Below are positions 1 through 10,211 of a DNA stretch of 64,000 nucleotides, in pieces. The DNA comes from a plasmid. The stretch lies in sequence record NZ_CP136150.1; one strand, written 5' to 3'. A program made the translations under genes and the position numbers. Each line of letters begins with the position of its first letter. The stretch's first letter is position 1. The notes under the pieces are model-generated. The model saw only the letters and a program-made list of their open reading frames with translations. It had not been told where the DNA came from and searched no databases.

Positions 1-651
1 AAACTCTGTGGGATCCCCTCCAGTCAGTCATCCCGGAAGCTCCGGGAACGTATCAGTCCTTCACTTAAGCGTATCGCGGGTACTGTGATCTCGTTTTCCC
101 GCACAACGGAGAAGCACACCAAAGAGTACATTACGCATCTGGTACAGTCGGCTTACTATGATACGGAAAAAGATATCGTTCAACTGCAAGCCGATCCGCG
201 CCTCTTTGAACTCTACCAGTTTGACCGGAAAGTGCTGCTGCAGCTCAAGGCCATCAATGCCCTGAAGCGCCGGGAGTCCGCTCAGGCTCTTTATACCTTT
301 ATAGAGAGTCTGCCGCGGGATCCGGCGCCGATATCACTGGCGCGGCTACGGGCCCGTCTGAACCTGAAATCCCCTGTGTTCTCGCAGAACCAGACGGTGA
401 GGCGTGCCATGGAGCAGCTCCGGGAGATTGGCTATCTGGATTACACTGAGATCCAGCGTGGGCGCACAAAACTCTTCTGTATTCACTACCGCCGGCCCAA
501 GTTAAAGCCACCTCATGATGAGAGTGCGGAGAACCCGCAACTGCCAGCCACACCGGGTGACGTCAGTCCGGAGATGGCTGAAAAACTTGCACTTCTTGAT
601 AAACTGGGCATCACACTTGATGACCTGGAGAAACTCTTCAAATCCCGCTGA
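1..651 (+). CDS. repA: RepFIB replication initiator RepA, C-terminal about 217 aa; the 5' end lies outside the window
   Basis: The reading frame is open from position 1. The C-terminal sequence (...[25 protein letters not shown]...LEKLFKSR) matches my recollection of IncFIB RepA, and iterons lie directly downstream. Confidence 0.85.
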   Translation, partial: KLCGIPSSQSSRKLRERISPSLKRIAGTVISFSRTTEKHTKEYITHLVQSAYYDTEKDIVQLQADPRLFELYQFDRKVLLQLKAINALKRRESAQALYTFIESLPRDPAPISLARLRARLNLKSPVFSQNQTVRRAMEQLREIGYLDYTEIQRGRTKLFCIHYRRPKLKPPHDESAENPQLPATPGDVSPEMAEKLALLDKLGITLDDLEKLFKSR

Positions 652-659
652 ACATAATC

Positions 660-964
660 TGTAGTGAGTTATCCACTACTGTTTACTTATTACAGCTTAT
701 ATTACTGCCTCTGGTGAGTGTTCTGCTCACTACAGCTTATATAAGCAGTGATGAGAGCAGCCCATACCGGAAGCATATCCCTGATCCACAAACTTTTCAG
801 AATGGCATTCCTGTTACTGCAGGAGCCCTGTGAACCCGTCGTTCTCCCTCCATGTATCGTAATATGCTCACTACAGCTTATGTTGCCTGCTGCAGTTTAT
901 TTAACTCACTACAGCTTATCTCTGGGAAGATTTACTCACCACAGCTTATATAAGCTGTGGTGAG
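660..964. repeat. RepFIB downstream iteron array (about 5 copies of the cactacagcttat motif) plus a DnaA-box-like TTATCCACT
   Basis: Direct repeats ...ctcactacagcttata... sit at about 687-702, 733-755, 865-880, 904-919 and 931-964. A ttatccact sequence is at 669-677. Confidence 0.7.
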
Positions 965-1191
965 TGACGTTGTCATGTCAGGACGGGAGTATCCGGAGGA
1001 TCTGTGCGGCTGGGACGGGGGTGATCATCCAGCTCTCTATCTGCCTGACATAGCTTATATCTGTTAGCGGGACCAGACGAACCTCATCTTTTGGCGGGCA
1101 CTCGCGTCGTGCCTGTGTTTTTTCAGACAGCGCCCGCACTGGTTATGGATACAGTTAGTCTGGATATACGACTTGTTCTTAAACTCCGGTA

Positions 1192-1578
1192 TTACTTCAT
1201 TACCCGGATATTTTTTACATCTATCTTTATACCATCCCAGTCCCGATCCACTTCTCCTTCAATATGAACCTTATCCGCAGGCGAGGCTGTTTGACCCATC
1301 CAGTATTTGTTATCGATGTCCACATAAACAGTACCGCTGCTGTCACGGAATTCATAAAGCTCGTGACCGACTTGCCTGATAATGTTGCCTTCCAGTACCA
1401 CCCACGCATCATCCCACTGTTTTTTAGCCTGTGAAACCGATGTCTGGGTGGGGGCCGGGCCTGTAAATCCTCCCTGAACATACCCGGGCTGCTCTACGGA
1501 AGAAACAATGTCCGTTTGCCGGGCAAGCGAACTGAAAGAAAGAGTGGTAATAATAAGAGTGATTAAAGTTTTTTTCAT
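1192..1578 (-). CDS. Periplasmic bacterial OB-fold (BOF/YgiW-YdeI family) protein
   Basis: 128 aa with an N-terminal signal peptide (MKKTLITLIITTLSFSSLA) and a C-terminal OB-fold region (…VDRDWDGIKIDVKNIRVMK) typical of the YgiW/BOF family. Confidence 0.7.
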   Translation of the reverse strand: MKKTLITLIITTLSFSSLARQTDIVSSVEQPGYVQGGFTGPAPTQTSVSQAKKQWDDAWVVLEGNIIRQVGHELYEFRDSSGTVYVDIDNKYWMGQTASPADKVHIEGEVDRDWDGIKIDVKNIRVMK

Positions 1579-2069
1579 TTCTGTTTTCCCTGAAAAAAAT
1601 TCCTGGAAAACTTAATGAGCAAATCTTAACTAAACCTTAAGCGAAACTAAGCGACAGGGTATTTGCTCCTTTTTCCTGATTACATCCGATGGATAAACTT
1701 TATCCAGTGGGTGCTTTCATGGGAAGCTCTTACTCCCGGAGAGCATAAACATTACAGAGCAATACACGAGGCCTGGTTCTTACTTCTCTGTTTTAGCGTG
1801 AAGGTTGCCGTGATTTTTTTCATCTCTTACGGAGTGCCCTGCCTAAAGCCACCGGAGGCAAAGATACATCCGGATAATCTCACAGCCCGAAGCATTACAT
1901 AATAATTTCACGGATGTTAAGAACTTATTTTTATTATGTTTTTTCTAATCCTGGTGTGGCTGATTTTTATATTTTTGAAAGTTTATATTTATTTTTCCTT
2001 TTTTGATATATGTCTTTTCATGTGCAAAAAGATTTGCATTGCAGATATTTTGATTTTTTGTTCCGTGGC

Positions 2070-2175
2070 GATCTTTTATGCTGTATTTTGTATGATAAAT
2101 AGATTCTTGGCCTGCTGTTTTCTGATTTTTTGGTGATATATTCTTGTTTGCTTTGTTTGTATGGTATAAAAGATC
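2070..2175. promoter_or_regulatory. pef regulatory region with two GATC (Dam) sites exactly 102 bp apart upstream of pefB, as in the pap phase-variation switch
   Basis: GATC at 2070-2073 and at 2172-2175. The region is AT-rich. Flanking genes are pefB (PapB-like) and pefI (PapI-like). Confidence 0.45.
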
Positions 2176-2284
2176 GCAAAAATGCTCTTTTTCAAAACAA
2201 ACATCTGTATATAATTCCCGGCATAAAGTTTGTTTCCTTTGGAAATTTTCTGTCACAACACCAGATTGAGCCGGAGATAATCCA

Positions 2285-2587
2285 ATGATGCTGAACAGAA
2301 AAGATGCTGATTATTATTTGGGCAAAGAGATCATGCTGGCCAGAATAAGACGAGGGGCGCTGATACCTGCAAAAGTAAATGAGGAACATTTCTGGTTACT
2401 CATCGGTATATCATCCATTCACAGCGAGAAGATTATTCAGGCACTCAGGGACTACCTTGTTTTTGGGGTGTCCAGAAAGGATGTCTGTGAACGCTATGAA
2501 GTGAACAACGGGTATTTCAGTACCAGTCTGAACCGCCTGTCACGTATCAGTCAGGCCGCAGCGCAGATGGTTGTTTATTATTCATAA
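2285..2587 (+). CDS. pefB: PapB-family fimbrial transcriptional regulator PefB
   Basis: 100 aa with PapB/FaeB/AfaA-family similarity. It sits immediately upstream of the fimbrial major subunit gene. Confidence 0.8.
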   Translation: MMLNRKDADYYLGKEIMLARIRRGALIPAKVNEEHFWLLIGISSIHSEKIIQALRDYLVFGVSRKDVCERYEVNNGYFSTSLNRLSRISQAAAQMVVYYS

Positions 2588-2861
2588 GTCTGTGTTGTTC
2601 ACGGACTGAAGGACAGCTTCCGCCAGGTATTAAAAACAGATAACAGACACTGAATTTAATTCGGATGCGTATTTGCGCGCCTGTTTTACAGAGCGGTTAT
2701 TAAATATGTCGGATGACAACTCAGGATTTTTACGCCGTCACGTCATGGCTGACTTTATTTCTGCCCTGTCCGGGAAGGAATAAAGCCAGCCATGCTGGAA
2801 AATGTGAATGTGTATTTTCATTTTGTGAAAGTCAAAAAATTAAATTCAAGAGGTTATATAC

Positions 2862-3386
2862 ATGAAAAAGAGCATTATTGCTTCCATTATTGCACTGGGT
2901 GTTCTGGGCGGGACTGCACACGCTGCCAATGAAGTGACTTTCCTGGGTTCAGTGAGCGCCACGACCTGTGACCTGACCACTTCTGTCAACGGCGCAGCTC
3001 AGCCAAACCAGGTTGTTCAGTTAGGTACTGTTCAGGCAGGTCAGGAAGGTACGGCTGTTGATTTTGCCATGAAGCCGGCTAACCCGGGCTCCCTGGGGTG
3101 TCAGGGGCTGGATACTAAAACCGTCACTGTCTCCTGGGCTTCTGCTGCCCTGAATGCTGACGGCTTTGGTGCAACTGGCGGCGCAGCAACAGACGCTACT
3201 GTTCTGGTCAATAACGTGAACGCAAAAACCAATCCTGGTGCGGCGGTGAATGCAAATGCCAGCACCGTGGAATTTAACGGTGCTGATCTGAACACCGACG
3301 GCCTGAAATTCCAGGCCAAACTGAAAGGTGGCCAGACTGAAGGTGACTTCAAATCTGTGGCGTCTTTCGCAGTGGCTTACAAATAA
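2862..3386 (+). CDS. pefA: Plasmid-encoded fimbriae major subunit PefA
   Basis: 174 aa with a signal peptide (MKKSIIASIIALGVLGGTAHA), Ala/Thr/Gly-rich pilin composition and a conserved C-terminal β-strand. Order matches pefBACD. Confidence 0.85.
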   Translation: MKKSIIASIIALGVLGGTAHAANEVTFLGSVSATTCDLTTSVNGAAQPNQVVQLGTVQAGQEGTAVDFAMKPANPGSLGCQGLDTKTVTVSWASAALNADGFGATGGAATDATVLVNNVNAKTNPGAAVNANASTVEFNGADLNTDGLKFQAKLKGGQTEGDFKSVASFAVAYK

Positions 3387-3423
3387 TTACCCGTAAGCAG
3401 AACCTTACATATTTTATTTAAAT

Positions 3424-3455
3424 GACGCGGCGTACGGCGGTGCGCCGCATTTAAT
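3424..3455 (+). terminator. Intercistronic stem-loop after pefA, a probable partial terminator setting subunit:usher stoichiometry
   Basis: gcggcg-tacggcggtg-cgccgc followed by atttaatt. Confidence 0.4.
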
Positions 3456-3567
3456 TACCTTGTTCGTTATTTTTATATCGCTGATTGCAGGCCGGGACAG
3501 CACCTGTATATTCATCCCGCCATCCTGCATTCCGTTATTACCTGTTTAACAGGAAATTGTATTTTCC

Positions 3568-6021
3568 GTGCAATTTCCTCCGGAGAGGGACTGTCTGAGT
3601 CAGGGGGTTGTTGTGTCATTTCATCACCGGGTATTTAAACTGTCGGCGCTGAGTCTCGCCTTATTTTCTCACCTGTCTTTTGCCAGTACTGACTCAGAGC
3701 TTAACCTGGATTTCCTGCAGGGAATGGGCGCCATTCCCTCCGTATTAAAATCCGGTTCGGATTTTCCGGCCGGACAGTATTATGTCGACGTCATTGTTAA
3801 CCAGGAAAACGTGGGTAAGGCCCGTTTATCCATTACACCACAGGAAGAGTCAGCAAACGCCCTGTGCCTGTCGCCGGAGTGGCTGAAGGCTGCCGGGGTT
3901 CCTGTCCGCCTGGAGGGATATGCCTCCACACTAGATGCGGCAAAGCAATGTTATGTTCTCAGCCGTAATCCCTACACGAAAGTGGATTTCAGCTATGGCT
4001 CCCAGAGCCTGGTGTTCAGTATTCCCCAGTCGTTTCTGGTCAGTAAAACGGACCCCAGCCGCTGGGACTACGGCGTGCCGGCGGCACGCCTGAAGTACTC
4101 CGCCAACGCCTCGCAGACGTCCGGGCAAAGCACCAGTGCCTATGCGAATGCCGACCTGATGGTCAACCTTGGCCGCTGGGTGCTGGCCAGTAACATGAGC
4201 GCATCCCGGTACGCTGACGGCTCCGGTGAGTTCACCGCCCGGGATATCACGCTGTCCACCGCCATCAGCCAGGTGCAGGGGGACCTGCTGCTCGGTAAAT
4301 CCCAGACCCGCAGCGCCCTGTTCTCTGATTTCGGCTTTTACGGGGCGGCACTGCGCTCCAACAGTAACATGCTGCCGTGGGAGGCCCGCGGGTATGCCCC
4401 GCTTATCACCGGGGTGGCAAACTCCACCTCCCGCGTCACCATCAGCCAGAACGGGTACACCGTGTACTCAAAAGTGGTGCCGCCCGGCCCGTACCAGCTG
4501 GATGATGTCCGCTCCGTGGGGAACGGTGACCTGGTGGTGACCGTGGAGGATGCGTCCGGCCACAAAACCACCACCGTCTATCCGGTCACCACCCTGCCGA
4601 CGCTGCTGCGTCCCGGGGAGATTGAATACAACGTGGCGGCCGGCCGCAAGTCCAGTAACTATCAGCTGAAAAAACCGTTCCGGGACGGTGAAAGCGGCAC
4701 GTTCTGGATGGGAAGCGTGGGGTACGGCTTTGACTCCACCACGCTGAATGCCGCCTCCATCCTGCACGGTAAATACCAGGCCGGCGGGGTGAGCGTGACG
4801 CAGGCCCTGGGGGGCTTCGGCGCCGTGTCTGCCGGGATGAACCTGTCACAGGCGAAATACGACAACGGGGACAACAAGCGCGGGCACAGCGTCAGCGCCA
4901 AGTATGCCAAAAGCTTCTCTGACAGCTCGGACCTGCAGCTGCTGGCCTACCGTTACCAGAGTAAGGGGTATGTGGAGTTCGCGGACTTCTACAGCACGGA
5001 CCGGTATACCCGCTACAACACAAAATCACGCTATGAGATGCGCCTCTCGCAACGTCTGGGGAACAGCAACCTGAACCTGGCCGGCTGGCAGGAGGACTAC
5101 TGGTGGATGAAAGGAAAGGCCACCGGGGGCGATGTCTCCCTCAGCACCACCATTCTTGATGGTGTGTCGGTCTTCCTGAACGGCAGCTACAGCAAACGCC
5201 CGTACCTGGACAAACCGGACTACAGCACGTCGCTCTCCTTCAGTATTCCGTTCACCCTGGGTGGCGTGCGCCATTACAGCAGTACCGGACTGAGCTACAG
5301 CAGCAGCGGCAGGATGGGGATGAACAGCGGGGTGTCGGCAAGTCCGACGGACCGCCTGAGCTACGGCCTCAACACCAACCTGAGTGATAAGGGCGACCGC
5401 AGCCTGAACGGCAACCTCTCGTATGGCTTTGATGCCATCCAGACCAACATGATGCTGTCGCAGGGACGAGATAACACCACCGTGTCAGGCAGCGTGAGCG
5501 GCACCATTCTGGGCACGGCAGACAGCGGCCTGATGATGACGAAGGAAACCGGGAACACGCTGGGCGTGGCGCGCATTCCGGGGGTGAAGGGCGTGAGGAT
5601 TAACGGCTCAGCCCCCACCAACAGCAAGGGATACACCGTGGTGAACCTGTCGGATTACTCCCTGAACCGGGTCAGCGTGGACATGGAAAACGTGCCGGAT
5701 GACCTGGAGCTGCAGACCACCTCCTTTAACGTGGTGCCGACGGAAAAAGCTGTCGTGTACCGGGAGTTTGGCGCCGAGCATGTGCTGCGCTACATCCTGC
5801 GGGTGAAGGAGCGTGACGGACGGATACTGAACGGGGGCAGCGCGCAGACGGAGCAGGGACTGGATGCCGGGTTTATTGCCGGTAACGGCGTCCTGCTGAT
5901 GAATATGCTGAGCGCGCCGTCACGGGTCAGCGTCGAGCGGGGGGACGGCAGCGTCTGCCATTTTTCAGTGAAAGGTATTGTGCCTAATACCGGCAAAGTT
6001 CAGGAGGTTTATTGTGAATAA
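3568..6021 (+). CDS. pefC: Fimbrial outer-membrane usher PefC
   Basis: 817 aa, PapC/FimD-family usher. The true start is probably an internal GTG near 3613, just before the signal peptide (KLSALSLALFSHLSFA). Confidence 0.88.
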   Translation: MQFPPERDCLSQGVVVSFHHRVFKLSALSLALFSHLSFASTDSELNLDFLQGMGAIPSVLKSGSDFPAGQYYVDVIVNQENVGKARLSITPQEESANALCLSPEWLKAAGVPVRLEGYASTLDAAKQCYVLSRNPYTKVDFSYGSQSLVFSIPQSFLVSKTDPSRWDYGVPAARLKYSANASQTSGQSTSAYANADLMVNLGRWVLASNMSASRYADGSGEFTARDITLSTAISQVQGDLLLGKSQTRSALFSDFGFYGAALRSNSNMLPWEARGYAPLITGVANSTSRVTISQNGYTVYSKVVPPGPYQLDDVRSVGNGDLVVTVEDASGHKTTTVYPVTTLPTLLRPGEIEYNVAAGRKSSNYQLKKPFRDGESGTFWMGSVGYGFDSTTLNAASILHGKYQAGGVSVTQALGGFGAVSAGMNLSQAKYDNGDNKRGHSVSAKYAKSFSDSSDLQLLAYRYQSKGYVEFADFYSTDRYTRYNTKSRYEMRLSQRLGNSNLNLAGWQEDYWWMKGKATGGDVSLSTTILDGVSVFLNGSYSKRPYLDKPDYSTSLSFSIPFTLGGVRHYSSTGLSYSSSGRMGMNSGVSASPTDRLSYGLNTNLSDKGDRSLNGNLSYGFDAIQTNMMLSQGRDNTTVSGSVSGTILGTADSGLMMTKETGNTLGVARIPGVKGVRINGSAPTNSKGYTVVNLSDYSLNRVSVDMENVPDDLELQTTSFNVVPTEKAVVYREFGAEHVLRYILRVKERDGRILNGGSAQTEQGLDAGFIAGNGVLLMNMLSAPSRVSVERGDGSVCHFSVKGIVPNTGKVQEVYCE

Positions 6022-6022
6022 G

Positions 6023-6706
6023 ATGATGAAGTGGGGACTGGTGTCCCTGCTGTCCCTGGCCGTCAGCGGGCAGGCCATGGCAGCCTTTGTGCTGAACGGC
6101 ACGCGTTTTATCTATGAGGAAGGGAGAAAGAACACCTCATTTGAGGTGACCAACCAGGCGGATGAGACCTTTGGCGGCCAGGTGTGGATAGACAACACCA
6201 CCCAGGGCAGCAGTACGGTGTATATGGTACCGGCGCCGCCGTTCTTTAAGGTCAGGCCCAAAGAAAAGCAGATTATCCGCATCATGAAGACGGACAGCGC
6301 GCTGCCGTCAGACCGTGAGTCGCTGTTCTGGCTGAACGTTCAGGAAATTCCGCCGAAGCCAAAGGCGTCGGAAGGGAATGTCCTGGCGGTGGCCGTGAAC
6401 ACGAAGGTGAAGCTGATTTACCGGCCGAAAGCGCTTGTTGAGGGACGCCGTAATGCCGAGAAGAACCTGCAGATTACGCACCGCGGCGGTGAGGCTTACC
6501 TGAAGAACCCGACGCCGTACTACTTTGCGGTCACCGGGGTGAAACTGAACGGACAGCCGGTCAGGCTGAACGACAGGGTGATGAATGAGATTGCGCAGCT
6601 GGCGCCGAAGAGTGAGGTGGCGCTGGGGAAACTGTCGCTGAACGGAACGGTGACGGTGCAGGCTGTTAACGACTGGGGCGGCACCCAGGACTACACGCTG
6701 AAATGA
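6023..6706 (+). CDS. pefD: Periplasmic fimbrial chaperone PefD
   Basis: PapD-like chaperone (MMKWGLVSLLSLAVSGQAMA signal; ...NGTRFIYEE..., ...PPFFK..P...QI.RI...). The ATG at 6023 follows the pefC stop. The ORF track extends upstream to 5978. Confidence 0.88.
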   Translation: MMKWGLVSLLSLAVSGQAMAAFVLNGTRFIYEEGRKNTSFEVTNQADETFGGQVWIDNTTQGSSTVYMVPAPPFFKVRPKEKQIIRIMKTDSALPSDRESLFWLNVQEIPPKPKASEGNVLAVAVNTKVKLIYRPKALVEGRRNAEKNLQITHRGGEAYLKNPTPYYFAVTGVKLNGQPVRLNDRVMNEIAQLAPKSEVALGKLSLNGTVTVQAVNDWGGTQDYTLK

Positions 6707-6723
6707 GCCGGGAGGGCAGGATA

Positions 6724-7281
6724 ATGAAACAGAAAGAATACCGGACCGTGCGGATAACGCGACACATGCGTGCGGGCATGCTGGCCGCCGGGCTGCTGCT
6801 TCCCCTGGTGGCCGGGGCGGCGACAAGTGGAGGTATGCTCATCCCGTTCGAGATAAACAACCCGCAGCAGACCTGTGACCTGACCTTTGATAACGGCAGC
6901 ACCATGATGACCTACCAGCTGGGGGCGATGAGTAAGGGAAGCCGGATACAGCACAGGCCGTTTACCGTCACCGTGGACTGCAGGGGGAGCACGGCAGTGA
7001 AGACGGCCCTGACGGCAAGGAGCACCACGGGAACGCTGCAGGGAGGGAGTGACAGCGTCATGATGCGGGTGAACGGTCAGGCGTCAACTAATGGTCCGCT
7101 GTTCTGGCTGGAGAATGGCGGACAGCGGGTGAAGCTGACGGGGGCAAAAAGTGATGCCTTCTGCATCTCCCCCACCGCCCCGAACAGGTGTGAGCTTCGT
7201 CCGGTGACGGATATCCCGGCGAACTCCCCGGAGGGGAATATTGATGCGACGGTGGTCTTTGATGTGGTTTATCCGCAGTAG
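6724..7281 (+). CDS. pef orf5, a putative minor fimbrial subunit or lipoprotein
   Basis: Signal peptide MKQKEYRTVRITRHMRAGMLAAGLLLPLVAGAA. Position matches orf5 of the pef operon. Confidence 0.6.
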   Translation: MKQKEYRTVRITRHMRAGMLAAGLLLPLVAGAATSGGMLIPFEINNPQQTCDLTFDNGSTMMTYQLGAMSKGSRIQHRPFTVTVDCRGSTAVKTALTARSTTGTLQGGSDSVMMRVNGQASTNGPLFWLENGGQRVKLTGAKSDAFCISPTAPNRCELRPVTDIPANSPEGNIDATVVFDVVYPQ

Positions 7282-7370
7282 GTAGCCAGTATAAATCGCC
7301 CGGCGTGGGTTAAGCGCACCACAATATGCGAATGAACCGTGTCGATAACAACGGACAAAACTGTACAGGA

Positions 7371-8318
7371 ATGATTATGAAACCGATTTCTTATTTTACC
7401 GGGAGCAGAAAACGCAGCAGCACATGTCTGATATCGTCGTTGCTGCTTCCGGGAATGACAGCCATGAGTATTTCACTTCCCGGCACCGCAGCAATGGTTG
7501 GGTTCGGGGGAGACTATACCTACAGGGGCACAATAACCGTAACCGGAGAGGCGCTCATCGGTCCTGCTGTAGATGCAAGGGTGCCTAAGGTTAGTGTGAC
7601 TCTCTGTAGCTCGACCAAAGTGACGGTGGAACAATGCAACGCCCGGTTAGAGCGCAAAAATCAGGATGGCTCATGGAATGTTGTGACAGGGATGCAGTGT
7701 ACAGGGCAAAATAGCAATAATTTAAGTGTGGTGACCCCCATCTCAAAAATCTATAAGCTCGTGTACGGCGATTTCTACCGTGTCGTTTTTATGAATGTGA
7801 GGGCGAGGTTTGAACCAAGTGGAGCAGCTGAGCATGGTTCGCGTTGTTTTGTTGAAAAACAAAGCTACAGCTATGGGAATCCTGTCAGTGGAGGAGTACT
7901 GGAGTTGAGTACATTGTCAGGTCAAACTGAACGTTTGGCTGCCTATGGCCAGCACGAGACGACATTCTTGATGCCAGTCACTGCGGTCGATAAAACTTAT
8001 ATCGAATACCCGACCATGACCCGGTTGAGTGTTGCTCCCGACGGAAGCGCGCGCGGACAGGTAGTCACCGTTGTGGGTCGTAACGCACAAGTGAAATTTA
8101 CCCTGAGGGAGGCTTATGGTAATAATAATTTGGGGCAGTATTGGATACCAACGGCTGCTAGCGGGAGTAAAATTAAACCGCAGTTGATAAAAAAGGACGG
8201 ATCACAATGTGTCAATGCCCGTGAAGGGGAGTCATGTGACCTTTATTATCCACCGGGATCTGTACCTCCAGGACGATACTACCGCGGCTATGTGGACATT
8301 TACGCCACGGTATATTGA
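7371..8318 (+). CDS. pef orf6, a putative fimbrial tip or adhesin-like protein
   Basis: About 315 aa secreted protein following orf5. Start is assigned at the internal Met before the signal-like segment. Confidence 0.55.
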   Translation: MIMKPISYFTGSRKRSSTCLISSLLLPGMTAMSISLPGTAAMVGFGGDYTYRGTITVTGEALIGPAVDARVPKVSVTLCSSTKVTVEQCNARLERKNQDGSWNVVTGMQCTGQNSNNLSVVTPISKIYKLVYGDFYRVVFMNVRARFEPSGAAEHGSRCFVEKQSYSYGNPVSGGVLELSTLSGQTERLAAYGQHETTFLMPVTAVDKTYIEYPTMTRLSVAPDGSARGQVVTVVGRNAQVKFTLREAYGNNNLGQYWIPTAASGSKIKPQLIKKDGSQCVNAREGESCDLYYPPGSVPPGRYYRGYVDIYATVY

Positions 8319-8577
8319 CGTCACGGTGAAATAATCCGGGAGCAACTTCAGCTATTCCCGAGCTTATGCTCACATTTTCTCATGGAGACCGGAATTGTCG
8401 GCACTGGCATCTTTCACCGGAATAACAAAGCGGGTCAAAAATGCATAAATGTTATTCAGCGAGCTGCTCAAATGTTATTACCCGACCTCAATGGATGTTA
8501 TTGGGTTATATCCTTCCATGGAAATACGCAATGAGAAGGCGCTGTTTTTATTTACATACAAAGAGTAACTCCGGTTT

Positions 8578-8790
8578 ATGAGTGAATCCATCATTACACA
8601 TATCATCTCCATCATCCGGGAGCGGCAGAGCGCGCACGACGGCGCGCCTGTTAAAACCCGCGATATTGCCGATGCTGCCGGACTCAGTATCTACCAGGTC
8701 CGCTCGTATCTTGAGCAGCTCCGCGCTGTCGGGATGCTTGAGAAAGTGAATGCCGGAAAGGGAGTACCCGGATTATGGCGTCTGCTCTGA
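8578..8790 (+). CDS. pefI: PapI-family regulator PefI
   Basis: 70 aa winged-helix protein of PapI/SfaC type. Confidence 0.8.
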   Translation: MSESIITHIISIIRERQSAHDGAPVKTRDIADAAGLSIYQVRSYLEQLRAVGMLEKVNAGKGVPGLWRLL

Positions 8791-9125
8791 CCGCTTTCCC
8801 GGAAGACGGGGATTTCGGCCGGATATGGTACGACCGGCTTTGTATCGAATTTAACAGCGACGGCGGACTGAGTCCGGCTGAACTGCGGGTTATCCGACTG
8901 CTGCTGCGGGGCTATAACAGCGGGCAGATTGCTGCCCTCTGTTTTCGCAGCGTCAAAACCATTTCAGCCCAGAAAGGCCAGGCTTTCAGGCGCCTCGGCG
9001 TCAGGAATGATGCCACTCTGTTGCCGACCCTGATACTGCTGGGGATGGTGACACTGTACACCGACCTGAACCGGGTTCATTCACTGGAAGAGGACGGCCC
9101 GATATGCGGGCCGGAGGCCGGATAA
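8775..9125 (+). CDS. srgD: LuxR-family HTH regulator SrgD
   Basis: C-terminal LuxR-type HTH (LSPAELRVIRLLLRGYNSGQIAALCFRSVKTISAQKGQAFRRLGV). Its start overlaps the pefI 3' end. Confidence 0.7.
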   Translation: MASALTAFPEDGDFGRIWYDRLCIEFNSDGGLSPAELRVIRLLLRGYNSGQIAALCFRSVKTISAQKGQAFRRLGVRNDATLLPTLILLGMVTLYTDLNRVHSLEEDGPICGPEAG

Positions 9126-9368
9126 GTATCACTGAAAGTTATTTTATGATGCTCATGAAATTTATTTATTACGCCTGTCTGGCCGTCGTCATATTAATGG
9201 CTGTGGTCTTTTGTGTGTCAGTGCTTTTTATTCTGGAAAATTCATGACCGGAATATTCCGGCTGCCGCCTTAATGACCATGCCGGATGAATTAATATTTA
9301 CTGTTGCTGTCAGGTGGTGCTGTTAATCGGTTTTTGTTCTGTATATCTGTTATCCATGGAGTGTTTCC

Positions 9369-10025
9369 GTGACGATGAATTATGCCCGGAATCTGTATTC
9401 CCTGAAGGGAATATTATGTTCTTCTTTGCTGTTGTTTTGTTGTGCACGCCCTGCTGTTGCACAGGAGTGGGAGTCCATAACGCCTCCGGTGGCTGATGCC
9501 CCCGCTGTGGTGGAGTTCTTTTCCTTTTACTGCCCGCCCTGCTATGCGTTCTCACAGACAATGGGCGTGGACCAGGCCATCCGGCACGTACTGCCGCAAG
9601 GTGACCGGATGGTCAAGTACCATGTCAGCCTGCTGGGCCCCCTCGGCCATGAGCTGACACGGGCCTGGGCGCTGGCCATGGTGATGAAGGAAACCGACGT
9701 GGTCGAGAAGGCCTTCTTCACGGCCGGCATGGTCGAGAAACGCCTGCATTCCCCGGACGATGTCCGCCGGGTGTTTATGTCTGCCACCGGTATCAGTCGC
9801 GCGGAGTATGACAGAAGTATAAAAAGTCCCGCCGTGAATGACATGGTGGCATTACAGGAACGGCTGTTTAAGGAATATGGCGTGAGGGGGACGCCTTCCG
9901 TGTATGTCCGTGGCCGTTACCACATCAACAATGCCGCCTTCAGCGCATTCTCCGTCGAAGACTTCAGGAGCCGTTATGCTGCGGTGGTCCGGAAACTGCT
10001 GGCCGGTAACCCTGATGCCGACTGA
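9369..10025 (+). CDS. srgA: DsbA-like periplasmic disulfide oxidoreductase SrgA
   Basis: Thioredoxin fold with a CPPC active site (FFSFYCPPCYAF) and a signal peptide. Confidence 0.85.
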   Translation: MTMNYARNLYSLKGILCSSLLLFCCARPAVAQEWESITPPVADAPAVVEFFSFYCPPCYAFSQTMGVDQAIRHVLPQGDRMVKYHVSLLGPLGHELTRAWALAMVMKETDVVEKAFFTAGMVEKRLHSPDDVRRVFMSATGISRAEYDRSIKSPAVNDMVALQERLFKEYGVRGTPSVYVRGRYHINNAAFSAFSVEDFRSRYAAVVRKLLAGNPDAD

Positions 10026-10211
10026 TGATAAAGGCACCATACAGGCCGGAGATATCCTCCCGCTCCGTGCGCTGATTCTCCTGCTGCTGACCAGCGTCTT
10101 TATCTCCGGCTTTCTGACCGGCGTCCTGGCCATGCTCTGGCTTATCTGCCGTGGGGCATGATGTGAAGTCCGGTCTCCCCTGTAACAGAAAACATAACTT
10201 TCACCACCACG

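Noticed and set aside
299-553. 84-aa minus-strand ORF
   Set aside because: Antisense within RepFIB repA.
1663-2136. 79-aa and 66-aa ORFs in the AT-rich region upstream of pefB
   Set aside because: AT-rich promoter/regulatory DNA with Phe/Ile/Leu-rich translations and no RBS. It is more likely the Lrp/H-NS-bound pef control region.
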